From Thalia democratica (Eukaryota): a DNA stretch of 64,000 bases. The first letter of the stretch is position 1; each line of letters starts with the position of its first letter. Positions 1 through 12,138 of this stretch are shown one piece after another. A program made the translations under genes and the position numbers. The notes below the pieces were generated by a model, which was not told the DNA's origin, searched no databases, and saw nothing but the letters and a program-made list of their open reading frames with translations. Location: NCBI GenBank assembly GCA_965202585.1, contig OZ241828.1, forward strand, positions 36,642,001 to 36,706,000, in the 5' to 3' direction.

Positions 1-39
1 ACGTCACTATAAAGAAAACTCAAAATAGCATCAACAAAA

Positions 40-113
40 CTTTTGACAAGCTTTTGCCAAATTCAATACTAGGTTTCCTAGTTTAAATCAAGTTTGACAA
101 CTTTTGTCAAAAG
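40..113. repeat. Imperfect 74-bp palindrome conserved in both duplicate units (also 45921-45994)
   Basis: cttttgacaa (40-49) / ttgtcaaaag (104-113) outer arms, central actagg-ttt-cctagt hairpin, four TTTG(A/C)CAA units. Confidence 0.65.
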
Positions 114-689
114 ATTAGAAATAACGATTTTTAATTATTCGTTTTCGACTTTTTTATAAAGTTTTGAAAGATTTCAAACCATTTTAATTTTTTGTTTATA
201 GACGAAATTAATGTTAAAAACAATATTTACGTTATATGCACTATTTTTAGATTTTAAGTTTATGAATATAATCTTAGAATATAACATATATGTTAAAAAG
301 AATACTGTGTTTCATAATTTATTAAAATAAAGTTAAATACGAGTAGTATATATATAAACTTAATAAAAAAAAAAAGTTTGTACAATTTTTGTTTTAATTA
401 ATTAATTTTTTTAACTTATACTTGGTATTTGTTATTTAGAAGTTGTCGGTATTGTTATATTTTAAAATCTAAATATACAATGTTTTTAAGAACTTCTTAT
501 AAATTTGTCGAATAATTACAAAACTTACAACAAAATGTTTTAAAAGATTAGTACACAAAATTAAAAAAAAAACAATTTTATATTATTGTATCGTAAACAT
601 GTAAAAAAATAAGGCAAAAATTTTGAGCTGTATTAAGAACATGAAAATGTTAAAAAATATCTAAAACCCTATTTACAAATACATGCAAT

Positions 690-895
690 AAAAACACTGT
701 ATAAATATTACATTATGTATTTATATTTCTTACGCAGACAAGTAATGTCGCCATCAACTTAAATATTGATTCAAAAATAGATAAGATTCATGCAGACGCC
801 ATCACAACCCCATCAGATTATTTACGACCCCAACTCTCTTCACCTTTACACTTATTTTCTCACACAGCCCCCTAAAAACGTCGTGTTTTACAATC
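690..895. promoter_or_regulatory. Paralog-conserved non-coding element (partner about 46470-46675)
   Basis: High, indel-free identity between copies amid poorly alignable flanks; substitution pattern is not codon-like. Confidence 0.5.
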
Positions 896-3800
896 ATGAA
901 TTCTGAACTAGTCATTTGTCTTATTAGAGCGGAAGTTTTATATGTTTTTTAATGCCTGCGTAAATATTTGTAAAATTTAGCAACGAAAAAAGCTTGTAAA
1001 TCAAAGCTTTCTGAAAGTAGTTTTAAGAGAAAGCAATTTTTTTTATTGTGCTTGATGTTTCAAAATTAAAGTAAGTCAACAACATATAAGATGATTTTTG
1101 TTATAAAAATGTTGTTTACAACAATTTTTTAAACCACAGTTTTTATATTTTGTAACATTTGTTGGCAGACTGCAAACCACGAGTAAATTCGGCCCGCAAA
1201 GCTAAAACCTCCGGCCCGTGATGTAATTTTAACCTAAGAACATGTTTTTTTTTTAAATAAGTAAAATAAAAGATTTTTGTTGTAAGTGTTTTATGTTGGT
1301 ATTTGTAGTTAATTTAGTGAATCTTAAAACTTTAAATGCTTTAATGCTTGAATGATGAAATAATTTTCGGTAATTTTGAATAAATACAAATTAAGCTAAA
1401 TTTTAAACCTCTTAGAAAAGTTTTTATGGACATGAGTTCTTTTTTTTTATTTCAAAAAAATTCTAAATTTTGAAGCGAAATGATCATGTTTGTAAAATAA
1501 TTAATTAGTACACGAATATTATTTTTGTTTTTATGTGATTAGTTATTTTATTAAATGAGTTAGCATTGTATTCTAAAATAATAAATTGTAAATTTTAATT
1601 AAACATTTCGTTAAAACTAAGTTTTAAAACCAGAAATTGTAAAAAGTTGAAGTTAAGTGTTTAAAAACAAAACAAGTTTACACAGCACTAGAGTGAAAGT
1701 GTTTTCCTTCAGTCCACCTGTTAAAATCGTTGTTATTAATTTACCAGTGAAAACAGAAAACTTATGCTAACAAAAAGCCTATTATAAACATCATAGCACG
1801 TTGCACTTGCATAATATATTTTATGTGTTGTTTAGATTAACTAAATATTTCTACAGCAAGTGATTTTAAGTTTAATTTCATCTGGTTATTCGCTTAAATA
1901 AAATAAAAAAAGTTTCAAATTTAACTTATATCAAAATTATCGATAAAAACTTTCAATAATTTACATGTTTTGTTGTTTTTTTTTTTGGTAGAATGAAGAA
2001 CCATAATATTATTTTCCAGACAAAGCTATCTGAAAGTAAGATTAAATATATTCATAGTGAGCTTAGTTTTGTCAAATAAAGTATTAAGTAATTATTTTTT
2101 ATATGTTTTTTCCATAAAATAATTGTCATAAAAAGGTTGAAATAGATATTTTCAATAAAGATATAAATAATAACACCCAACATTCAAAGTTGTTGCTTTT
2201 TTTATTATAAAGCTTTGTTTTGCTATTATCCCAGAATAGTTGCAACATAACAAATATAGACAACGTATATACCAAAAAAGTTAAGTTTTGAGTTTATCTT
2301 ATTTAAATAAAGACTACGCATTTTCTTTTAGAACTATCTTAAACAGTCCATTCTAAATAAATTAATGTTGTTTTTTCAGGTAAAACTATAACATAAATCT
2401 TAGTTTAATTGTTTGTTTTATTGCTTTATAAATATGTTTGCATCATCTTTAACTCTTTATTTAAACACTATCGTCTTAGTAATAGTTTAAAAAAAATTTT
2501 AAGTTTAAGCATAATCTTTTTTTTTTTCTACAAAAAAAAGAAATGTATAAAAAAACTTTGTGTTTTGTCTAAGCACATACATTTACAAATATATTAGATT
2601 TCATTGGGTAACGTTTAACAAAATATTCATGTAGAAAAGACAGGTTTATATTTAGTTCATAATATTTTGTAGTAATAAGTTCTATTGTTTTACAAGGTTT
2701 TTTAATCAGAATAAAAAAATATTAAATCAGAAACTACAGTTTCAGAGTCTATTTATTTTTCTACTAGTGTGAAAAATTTCTTGATGATTAATTTTTCTCG
2801 CTGTTAACACTTTTTGATACTAAACAGAAGATTTTTTAGTACAACTTGAGTTTAATTCAGTATGCTTGACTTGTTAACAGTTATTTAAATATAAGTAGAG
2901 TTATTTCATATATTTATGGTGTGAACTGTGTTTCAAAAAATTAATTCCTTTAAAACTTTGTTTGTTTTTAGTTTTTCAATGTTAATAAAACAATTATAAT
3001 TACATTTAAAAAAACTAAAATTACTTACAAAAAAGAATTTAAAAATGAAATAAATACTTACAACTATCTAAGTTATTAACAATAAATTTTAATCAAAACT
3101 TAAATGATACTTAAAAAATATTCCTACATTAGTAAACAACTAATTTGTATTAAATTTATAACAAGTTAAGCAAATAAGTTTTCAAATTTAAGCTGTAAAA
3201 GACATAAGATTTTTTTTTAGTTTGAAATCAGTTGAAAAAAAAAAGAAATAAGATGAATGTTTTAAATTCGGAGAATGACTTGAATATGAAAAGTAGAAAG
3301 TACAAGTAAATCTGTATTATACATTTTTATTGCAAAGTAATGGCTTTTTTGCGATGTTAAATTGGTTTTGAATGATATGTCATGATTTTTGCAAAATATA
3401 TTTATCAGAATTACTAGTTTTTATCTTTTAAACCAATAAACCACACAACAAAAAACTGTTTGAAAAAGGTGCAAGCCTTTTTAAATGACAATTCAATTTA
3501 ACTTGGTGCTTAAGATAATGTATATATGTTTTTTTTTTATTACATTTAAGCATTTATTCTAAAAATATTTTCTTTCTGAATTAAGTTTAGTTTGTCTAAG
3601 CTGAGATTTTTACTGTTAAAGTTGCTACTTTTTTTTCATTACTTTAAAACAAAAATTAAGGTTATTCAAGTACTTGTAATATATCGTTTTTAGTTCTTAA
3701 ATTGTACTTTTATAAAGTATTTTTCTATTTTCAATATTTAGTTGTTTGATAAAAAAAAAATCAAAAGGTTTTATTTAATCTACTATTTTCTTAAATAAAT

Positions 3801-4419
3801 AACTTTAAGTCTTACTTATTAACTTTATAGGTTACTAAACATTTGAAATTTATACGAACAGAGCTACTTTATCATCAAAACTTATCTGACACATTTAAAA
3901 ACATGCTACTGTTTATTTTTATATAAGCAACAAAATATCGAAAATTATCGACTATGGATTTCTACCTCGATATATATATATACGTTGCAAAGATGAGTAA
4001 TAAACGTCACACTGGAGTCATGAAACATTCATGTCAATTCACCAGGAGAATTTAATGCTGTGATAGCAGAAGTGCAAATAAAAACTCGTAGTGCAAAGAA
4101 AAGAACGTTAGTTTATTTAATTTTTCAGATGTTTCTGAATAACAAAACAAAATTTTAAACAGAACCTGTTTGAACTATTAATATTCATTAACGCAAGCAA
4201 TTCAACGTCCATTAGAATTATTTTGATTCGTTTCAAACCTCTCTTGACTAGAAGCTCCCCTGTTGTGTTCCAACCAGAAATTATCGACAAAAATTATAGT
4301 GATATTAATGAGACATGGTCACAAAGTTGAAAGTTTGAAAATTTTTCATTTTATGTACTTTTTAATTAATGTACAAATTACAAAAATCCTTACAAAAAAT
4401 ATCGGCGGCTTTTCTATAG

Positions 4420-4700
4420 GATACTGCATGTTTTTATGCAACAAGGTAGCGACAATTTTACACTTTCCACAATACCTGAGAGAGGTTCATTCCTCATTGT
4501 GATATCCTGCGGGAATTTCAACATTGCGCGCGATCGTAATATTCTGCTCGGTAGCGAGATTTTATCACCACTAAACAGACGGCTGCATTGTGAGCGCGTG
4601 CGTATGCGGCTGATAAGAGATAAGAAAATTATTTTTGAATCCCAGTCAACATTTGTGTGTTTGAAATAGTATGAGCTGGTTGAACTGTTTTAATACAGCT
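4420..4700. promoter_or_regulatory. Paralog-conserved upstream element about -7.3 kb (partner about 49865-50145), candidate enhancer
   Basis: 93-bp identical block 4489-4581 = 49934-50026. Tandem GATAA sites at 4612-4623 are kept in both copies. Confidence 0.65.
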
Positions 4701-5489
4701 TCTAGTTAATGTTTTTGTTGATGCTGTTTTGTGACAGTTGTACAAACAACCTGCGAAGCTAAAAGTTTTAAAAGTGATTCTTGAATTAGTAGTAATCATT
4801 TTGGCCTTATTATAGTATAAATGATTTTACTTAGAATTAAAGTGGGTATCATAGCAATTAATTAATAGTTTTTCAGCAACTTTTAAAGCATTACTGTAGT
4901 GTAATAAATCTGTATCAAAAGCTTAAAACTTTAGCATGTTGTTTAATATGTTAGAAGAAAAAAAATTTATATAAATAAACTGACTTAATGAAACTCAAGT
5001 AAAATGAAGCTCTTGTTACATTAAAAAACATAAAAGCATTTTTAAAATTAGCTCTTGTTCAAAACACTTAGGCTTGTTTGCACTGCTTTTTAAGAACAAT
5101 TTTACAATTGTTTAAAAAAAATCAAATCAATCACGTTTTCATTGTAAAATTAGAGATTATAGTTTATTTTTAAGTAAACTTTTGTAGAGCAAGTAAAAAA
5201 AAAAGTATTTTGTTTTTATGTAGTATTGTAAAACAATGCTGTTGAGTATGGCAGTTTTTTTTTTTTGATGATTAAAAGTATATCTGTTTGTAGCAAAAAT
5301 AACAAACACTTTTCTTACTTTTTTTTTAAATTACGATATCTTACGAAGAAATCTTATAACAGCATAAAAAAAGAGATTAATAAAAACTTAAATAAGAAGT
5401 AATTGATTAAAAAAATACAGTTTTATTTTAGTTTAAACAAAAAATCTGTAACAAAAGCTTTTATTGAAAACAAAAAGTTTGCTTTAATG

Positions 5490-5850
5490 ATGAGTTGGCA
5501 TGTTCACGTGGAAATCGGACATTATAGTCTCTTTTTGCACGTGTTTTCAACTGGATTTCACTCAACATTCAAAACTGATCAGCAACTATCAATATGTGAC
5601 GTCATACTAACCAAACATGCAACGCGACATTGTTACGTCATACAGAGCGCAGCACATCCGTTTTGGAACTTGCATGCGCTGAGTTACTTTATTTCCTTCT
5701 GAAAACTTAAGTCACTTTTGCTATTGATTGTTTTTAGTGTGTTTTGTCGTGATTTCATAGACATTTTGGAAGCACAGCTAGCCAGCATTCGTGTCTAGAA
5801 ACGAACTACCTGTCTCGATTTAAATTGCATTATTTCTAAGTTGCTTCTAT
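5490..5850. promoter_or_regulatory. Paralog-conserved upstream element (partner about 50258-50620)
   Basis: Collinear conservation with CACGTG, TGACGTCA (5597/50369) and TTACGTCA kept in both copies. Confidence 0.6.
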
Positions 5851-6764
5851 TAAGGAATGATTTATTTAGTTATAAAATATAGGATAGTGTTTAATACTTA
5901 AACAATTCAACATCAAAACAAAATATATTAAATAAGTATATTTACAAAGTAAGCTTAACACTAATACAGTTAAGCAAAAATAACTTTGTAACAAAATTAA
6001 TTTAAAATTTGGTTTTTTTTAAGGCTATAATTTCTTAGCAATATTTTTTTTTGCAAACATTAGTTTCTTATAACTATAAAAACTAAATGTTTTAAACTTT
6101 TTACTGCATACAATGGAACGGAAGCAAGTTAAATGACATTTGCGAGAATAAAAAGAAGTTTTCTTTAAAGAAACTTTTGTAGCGGATATTTGCACAAAAT
6201 AATTTTATTAAATCTTTTATTTCAAGTTGTTAAAATTAAATTAAGAACACCTATCTTAAAATATAGAAACATAATTTATAAAAAACATTGTTTAGAATTT
6301 TTACAACTATCCTTGACCAAAAAATTGTTTGGTTATTATGGTCTAATTACATTTAAATCTGCTTAACGAGTAGATATAAATCGTTGATGCTTTTTCATAA
6401 TTCTAGTCCATGTATAGTATAAAATACTAAAAATATTGTTTAAATCTAGAATATATCAAACCAAATAAAGTGAAAGCTTTAAAACAAACCTTAAAGTATT
6501 GAAAAAAAATACAACTTTTAATTTAATAATTTCATTTACACAAATTTACACATAGTTTACAATCGTGTTTTCGTACAACGTACAATCCCTTTAAAACTTT
6601 ACTAGGGTTTATTTACATCTATTATTTCACTTGAAATTATTTTTCAATCTACTAAAAAGATAGTACAACTACACACTGAAAAACCACATTGAAAATTATA
6701 CAGACACGTTAAAAAAAACTTTTTAGGGAAATTCAAATACATTAATTTTTTTTAACAAACTATT

Positions 6765-7075
6765 TATTGTATTGCTGTCAATCATTACACAAAACACCTA
6801 ATTACGCGATACAGTATTCATATTGCCGCGCCCCGAGATTTCAATGCAACTTGCTGTCAAGCGACTTGTTGCCATCAGCAACGCGTTTCTATGCAACATT
6901 CACGCGTGAGCGATCACAGCAGGGCACTACTGTTAGGGTTGAAATAAATTTCGAAAGTATTTTATTTTATCATGTCATTTTCAACATCAATTACTACATT
7001 CGCATCATCTGCTTAGAATTTAAAACTAATCATCTGTCTTGTTTCCCTGTGACTTAATAAAAGCAAAATGTCAAT
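6765..7075. promoter_or_regulatory. Paralog-conserved upstream element (partner about 51358-51640)
   Basis: CpG-rich block alignable between copies, with frameshifting indels, so non-coding. Confidence 0.55.
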
Positions 7076-7604
7076 TTTGTTTCATTCTCAAACATTAAAT
7101 GACTCGTATTACATAAAAAACAAAAAATTTCATTCTAATGGAGCAAATTACACTAGCGTTTTATGAACTAAACGTGCTATATTTAATGTTTTCAAAGCTA
7201 CAATCTAAATTCTATTCAAGGCTTCTAACTCCATTGGTGCGACATGAAAGGAGGAATTAATAGCAATAAATAAATTCAGTTAAAGATTAGCAGAGTTGTT
7301 GGAACTCTTATTATCTTGTTTGTGAAAGTTGTATTAATGCGCGTTTATTGTATACTAAATTGGTTATAATGTGTCAATTCGTGTGTGAGTTACTTTGGAT
7401 TTCTTGACAAGTATAAAAGTTGTAGATAAATGGATGTTAAGCAGTTTAAAGTTTTAATTTAGAAGGATGTTTTACTACATTTTTTTATAATAAGTTTGAG
7501 TAATACAACTACATATAATTAGTTGTTGACATGTAATATATTTGTTCCGCGTACGATCAAAGCTTTAATATAAAACTTAATTCAAAGTAAAAATATTTAA
7601 ACTG

Positions 7605-7655
7605 TATATATGAATATATATATATATATATTATATATGGAATATATATACATAT
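7605..7655. repeat. Imperfect (TA)n microsatellite at the 5' junction of the Penelope-like insertion
   Basis: tatatatgaatatatatatatatattatatatggaatatatatacata. Confidence 0.8.
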
Positions 7656-8220
7656 GGAACTTAAAAGATAACACTACAGACTACAAAATTAAATGGGAAA
7701 TATTAAACAGGACAAAACCAAAATTCAACACTAAATTCGGCTGCAAACTTTGTAACTTAGAAAAAATAGAAATCGAAAATTCAGATAAGAACGTAACACT
7801 AAACAAGAAAAGCGAAAGACAAAACATATGCATCCATTATCAAAAATACTTTTTTAACAAAATTAAAACCAACTAAATATTAAAACAAAATGAAATTAAA
7901 GCGGCAAACACGAGTATTTTATAAAATTTTTCCCAACAGTCTAAAAAAATTTTTCTAATAGCTTAAAACATTTTTCCAAAATAACCTTCTTAAACTTTCC
8001 TAAAAAGCATAAAATAACATTCACAGCGTATTTCAAATTCAGCTAATCGTACAATAAACTGTAACATTACTACGTCACAATTATTATATAAATTTTAAAA
8101 TCGAAGTTTCTGTTCACTATTGTAATTAACTGTAACTTACTGACGATCACATGAAATTTTACATTTCAATGTGTGAAACAGCTGTTTAAATTATAGTTTT
8201 TATATAACTATTTTTATATA
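7607..8220 (+). mobile_element. 5'-truncated Penelope-like retroelement (C-terminus of the GIY-YIG endonuclease ORF plus 3' region with hammerhead)
   Basis: 7652-7876 reads IWNLKDNTTDYKIKWEILNRTKPKFNTKFGCKLCNLEKIEIENSDKNVTLNKKSERQNICIH, matching the pattern I recall for PLE C-termini (W-LKD..DY.IKW.IL...KP....C.LC..EK.......LNK.SE....C.H). Flanked by TA-rich DNA and absent from the paralogous site at about 52200. Confidence 0.8.
8128..8198 (+). ncRNA. Type I hammerhead ribozyme motif in the Penelope-like element
   Basis: Stem I 8128-8139/8187-8198 (12 positions, one mismatch, one G-U). CUGACGA 8140-8146. Stem II CACAU/AUGUG plus GAAAU/AUUUC. GAAA 8175-8178. Stem III AC/GU with palindromic AGCU loop. 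GUU triplet 8184-8186. The first stem II pair is a U-U mismatch. Confidence 0.72.
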
Positions 8221-8635
8221 TTATCAGGAAAATACCGCAACCTGAGTTCACACCATACAAAAAATTAATCGCTAGACATTTTTTACATTTGTAGGTAATT
8301 ATGTGTTTTAAAACTTATTATTTTTTTAATTTTTAGTGAAATAAAGTATTTGACACGTTGTACTAAAAAACACTTTAAATAAAAAAAACAAAGATTTGAT
8401 TATATTCTTTCCATTTAAGATTTTCTATGCCTTTGTGCTAGATTTCAGTTTATTTTTAATTAATAAACTAAGCTCACATTTTCACAAAATAACATACTTT
8501 GATTGACAAGTACTTTACTGACAAATTTTTTTTCGTGTCAACCGTTAACAATGCGTTTGATTCTAAAGTATCTTCTTTCGTGAGAAACAAATTAGATACA
8601 TTTTTTTATAAAAACAATTTAAATAATAAAAGTTT

Positions 8636-8880
8636 TATTTTATGTACGGCCTATAACGGCATAAAACTCATTTTTACAACTTCTTTCAAACTCACTTACA
8701 GCTTCCGCAGCTGATTTTAATAAATATTAGTTTAACCATTAAGGTGGCAATAAACTTGGATGATGTTTACGCAGAAGCAACTTTTCCACAACTTGTCTTA
8801 AAACGACAGTTACAATTTGAAAATTTCCTTAATAGCAATTCAAACAAAACACTTTTGCGCGCCCCTCGTCAAATCAAAAG
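8636..8880. promoter_or_regulatory. Paralog-conserved upstream element about -3 kb (partner about 52604-52845)
   Basis: Only 4 differences over the 135 bp 8744-8878. Confidence 0.58.
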
Positions 8881-10789
8881 TTTACTGTTGCTTGTTTTGC
8901 ATTCTGTCCTGGTTAATCTCGAAACATTTTAACGTCATTTTATTGCTGCTCCGTGGTAATGGTATGTGCTTTAAGATAGAAAAAAAAAGGCAAACAAAAA
9001 GCTTTTAACTCTTCAAAGCTTCTGGTTGTATAATTAATAACAGTTGTTCTGAGTAAAACACAGGTAGCTTTGACATTGATGAGCAATAAAGGTAATGGAA
9101 AACAAACGAGATTCTTTTTTTTTACTTTAAATAAGTAATGATGGATATTTGTGTGTATCCTTATGCTTGGGACCTTAAAAGCTTCTTTTGCAACTTCATT
9201 TTGTCTAAAACATTACGTCATAATTGACGTTAAAAGCATGTCGTATGTGAAAGGTGCTAAGCATTCTGCTAATAGTTAGAATTATTAGTAATAAGCACAT
9301 TATCGATATTCGTTTAATATTTAATTAAACTGTTTAGTATAAAAATACTTTTCTTTAAAATTGTAAAAATAACCAAGCTTGAACAATCACAAGTTTCTAC
9401 TAAGCTTTTTTTTTCAATTCTATTTGCTAAAAGTTGTTGTATTGACAATGTTCAATCGCCCAATGTTTGAACTGTCTCGTGTTTGGCCGAGAATTGTGTT
9501 AAAAACATGTCAAGTATCTTATCGCTTCTTGTTATTTGCCATTCTTTACTTTTTGTTGTTTCTAAACCGTGGCGCCGGTAACAAATCCCTTTACAAGAAA
9601 AATGTTTTCTTAAACATCGAAAAAAAGGTGGGTGATGTAAGAAATTTCAAGGGTTACCGGTGACACCGAGCTTTAGAAACTCTAAAGTGTTAAGAGGCAT
9701 GTGATGAGTACTTGCAAGTTAAATTTTGAGCTCAAAGGTATTTTTGTTGTGCTAAAAATTGTTTACATCCTTGTTGTTTTTTTATAAAAGTACAATACTG
9801 AAACTTCTCATATCTTTCAAAAGTATTTAAAGTTTTAAGCTCATTTTAAAGTAGATTCAAAGCCATTATAAAAAAACCAGACTTTATTTTAAAACAAAAA
9901 CGTGAAATGCAATACTTTTCAAAAAGATATTTTTCATGGATTTATAAAAGTTTTAATATTATATAATTTTATTTTTGCACTTATTTTCTTATAAGTTTAA
10001 GTAAGAACAAAAAAGTATCTAAACTTAATCAAGTTTTGTTAAATTAAACAAAAGCTACCTATTTTTTTAACTTCTGCTACTTCTAATTTCTAAAAAAACT
10101 TAACTACTAATTATTAAGTTTGAAGCTCATGAGTTTTTATTTGTTAATTATGTTTATTTATTTGTTTGCCTACGAAAGTTTAACTGTTTATAAAAAAAAG
10201 AAAAGTTTTTAAAAGCGTACAAGTAGCATTATGAACAGAACTTGTACCCTAATGTTTTAGTTTTAAAAACGTGGTTTTGAAATACTGTTATCAAAAGGAC
10301 AGTAAGTATTATAATAATAATTTGAAAGTGTGATTTACAAGATGTTAATGGAAACACTTTACAGCGAACTTATAAATCAGTAACATCGCTGCAAAAAGAC
10401 TTGAAATTTACTTTTTTGTTTAAAAAGTAAACCCTTGGCTAAGTTATAACGAAATTCGCGCGCAAGTGGTTCTAAGAACTTGTACCCTAGAGAAAATCGA
10501 ATTTCAGCTGAACGCCAACTTGAATTTGTGGGGTGTAGATTAATGTGTTAAGTTCTTAAACCATGCATTTCTTTTGAACAAATATAAACCTCAGTCAAAC
10601 GTTTTGTAAAAAATCTTATATTTAAATAACTAATCTCAAGAGCTTACCAATTTCAAGCTTAACATTTTTTCAATTAATAAAAAAACTTTGTCCAAAAGTT
10701 TTCCAAGAAAAATATCCTAATGTAAATGCTTAAACTTTTCATATACAATTTTTCAATAATCTATTTTACAGCTTAAACTAGTTAGAAAT

Positions 10790-11060
10790 TGATTTTATAA
10801 CCATAAAACCATTAAAACTGTTGGGTTGTCATGACAGTTCAGTTTTCGGATTTTTTATTTTGTTCGCAGTTACTTGTTGCTCTCGTAGCATTTCGACAAG
10901 CTTCTGTCGGCAGGAAACCGTCGAAATGTTTATATTTTAAAAGATTTGTCAGCAGCAGATGTGTAAATAAAAATTCGAATTAAGAAACGTATCATTATCG
11001 GCTGGTTACCGAACAAGAACAAAAAATACGTGGTTTGCCTCGCTAAAAAGAAAAACAAAG
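10790..11060. promoter_or_regulatory. Paralog-conserved upstream element about -0.9 kb (partner about 54945-55220)
   Basis: Long shared runs (tcgcagttacttgttgctctcgta, tttcgacaagcttctgtcggcaggaaaccgtcgaaat) and a conserved CAGATG E-box. Confidence 0.55.
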
Positions 11061-11559
11061 CAAAAACTTTAACTTATATTTTATTTGAAACATTTAATCA
11101 AACACAATTATGTGTTTGAAATTTAGTTTACAGGTGAGCGCCTCAAGTTTAGAAATTTCTTTTAAATAGTAAATAGAGAGTTAAAAAATTTAAAATATTA
11201 TCCCACTCTGTTTACTAAACATGCATAACTAACGGTTTACTGATTATTTTCAAACAGACTGTTTTTAGGCCAACTTATTTAAGTGTTAGTTAAAGTTATT
11301 AATGAAAATTTCAAGTAGAACGAGAAAACGAAAGACTTTAACATATAATACTTTAATCATTACTTTTTTACCGTGTTAGTCAAGAAGCTATAAGTTAATC
11401 AAAAAGTAAATGTTTTGAGATTAAAACGAATTTTAACTAGTTTAATTAATAAGTATCCTACTGATTTTATTTTTAATTACTAATTAAAACGTTGACAATT
11501 TAAGAAATTAAATAGTTAAATTTGTTTACACTTTTGATTTAATTATAAAAATGCACTAC

Positions 11560-11831
11560 TTTTGTTAGTAAAGTTAGAACTATACAGCTGGTGGTAATCT
11601 AACTATTTGTCACCCCCTAGCGACCTTATATCTTGCATTTCTCTCTTTTTCCTTATCTCGTTTTAAAGATAAGAATGTACAAAAAATATCATTTGCTATA
11701 TACAGCGCACAAGTAGCCAGCACGTTTCATTTTAATTTTTTTTCTGCTACTAGCTACATCAAGTTCGCATTAAAACAGTTTTGCGAATTCCACCCAATTA
11801 GCGTCATAAAATCGGCCAATCAGGACATCAG
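11560..11831 (+). promoter_or_regulatory. Putative proximal promoter / 5' UTR of Islet copy 1 (partner about 55705-55985)
   Basis: Conserved with copy 2, including gtcaccccctagcgac, tatacagcgcac and cggccaatcag just before the ATG. The TSS cannot be located from sequence alone. Confidence 0.5.
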
Positions 11832-12138
11832 ATGAAAACCTCGCAGGTCGCTCATTTGACAGGAGATTTCTACGTTCCGCCTAAAAGTGGGGAGAACAAC
11901 TTTGATAGCTTTCAATTGGACGATACGACGCCACCTTACGGCCACTACTCGGTCGACAGCACCCAGGAATTCTTCTCGCCTGGATACAACTATCAAGCAA
12001 GGGGAAGCACCGGAAGCGAAATGGACTTTTACTCGAACCAGGAACAAGTTTCGAGCCAGGGGATGACCCCAATGTCGAGCGGGTCAAGTCAGATAATGAT
12101 GCCTCAAAATGTAGACAACACGCAACAAGTTAATAGAG
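11832..12138 (+). CDS. Isl: Islet copy 1 exon 1 (102-aa S/Q/T-rich N-terminal region)
   Basis: ATG at 11832 with an in-frame upstream TAG (11799-11801). Donor AGAG|GTAAAT is phase 1, matching exon 2. Same 307-nt length and no indels versus copy 2. Confidence 0.82.

Noticed and set aside
22-41. 20-mer with an inverted near-copy at about 4711-4731 (possible TIR pair)
   Set aside because: The enclosed 4.7 kb holds paralog-shared elements, the pair is not preserved in copy 2, and there is no TSD.
738-873. Exon-like segment after ttcttacgcag (TSNVAIN...HTAP*), also ORF 46433-46657
   Set aside because: Four amino-acid versus one synonymous change between copies and no protein similarity recognised; treated as a conserved non-coding element.
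1145-1225. Two CGGCCCG motifs resembling hAT-MITE subterminal repeats, copy 1-specific
   Set aside because: No matching terminal inverted repeat or 8-bp TSD found.
8744-8932. GTG-start ORF shared with 52709-52930 (MAINL...RQIK)
   Set aside because: Three non-synonymous versus one synonymous change, divergent ends and no splice context.
11609-11624. RFX X-box reading of GTCACC-CCCT-AGCGAC
   Set aside because: The 4-nt spacer exceeds the usual 0-3 nt.
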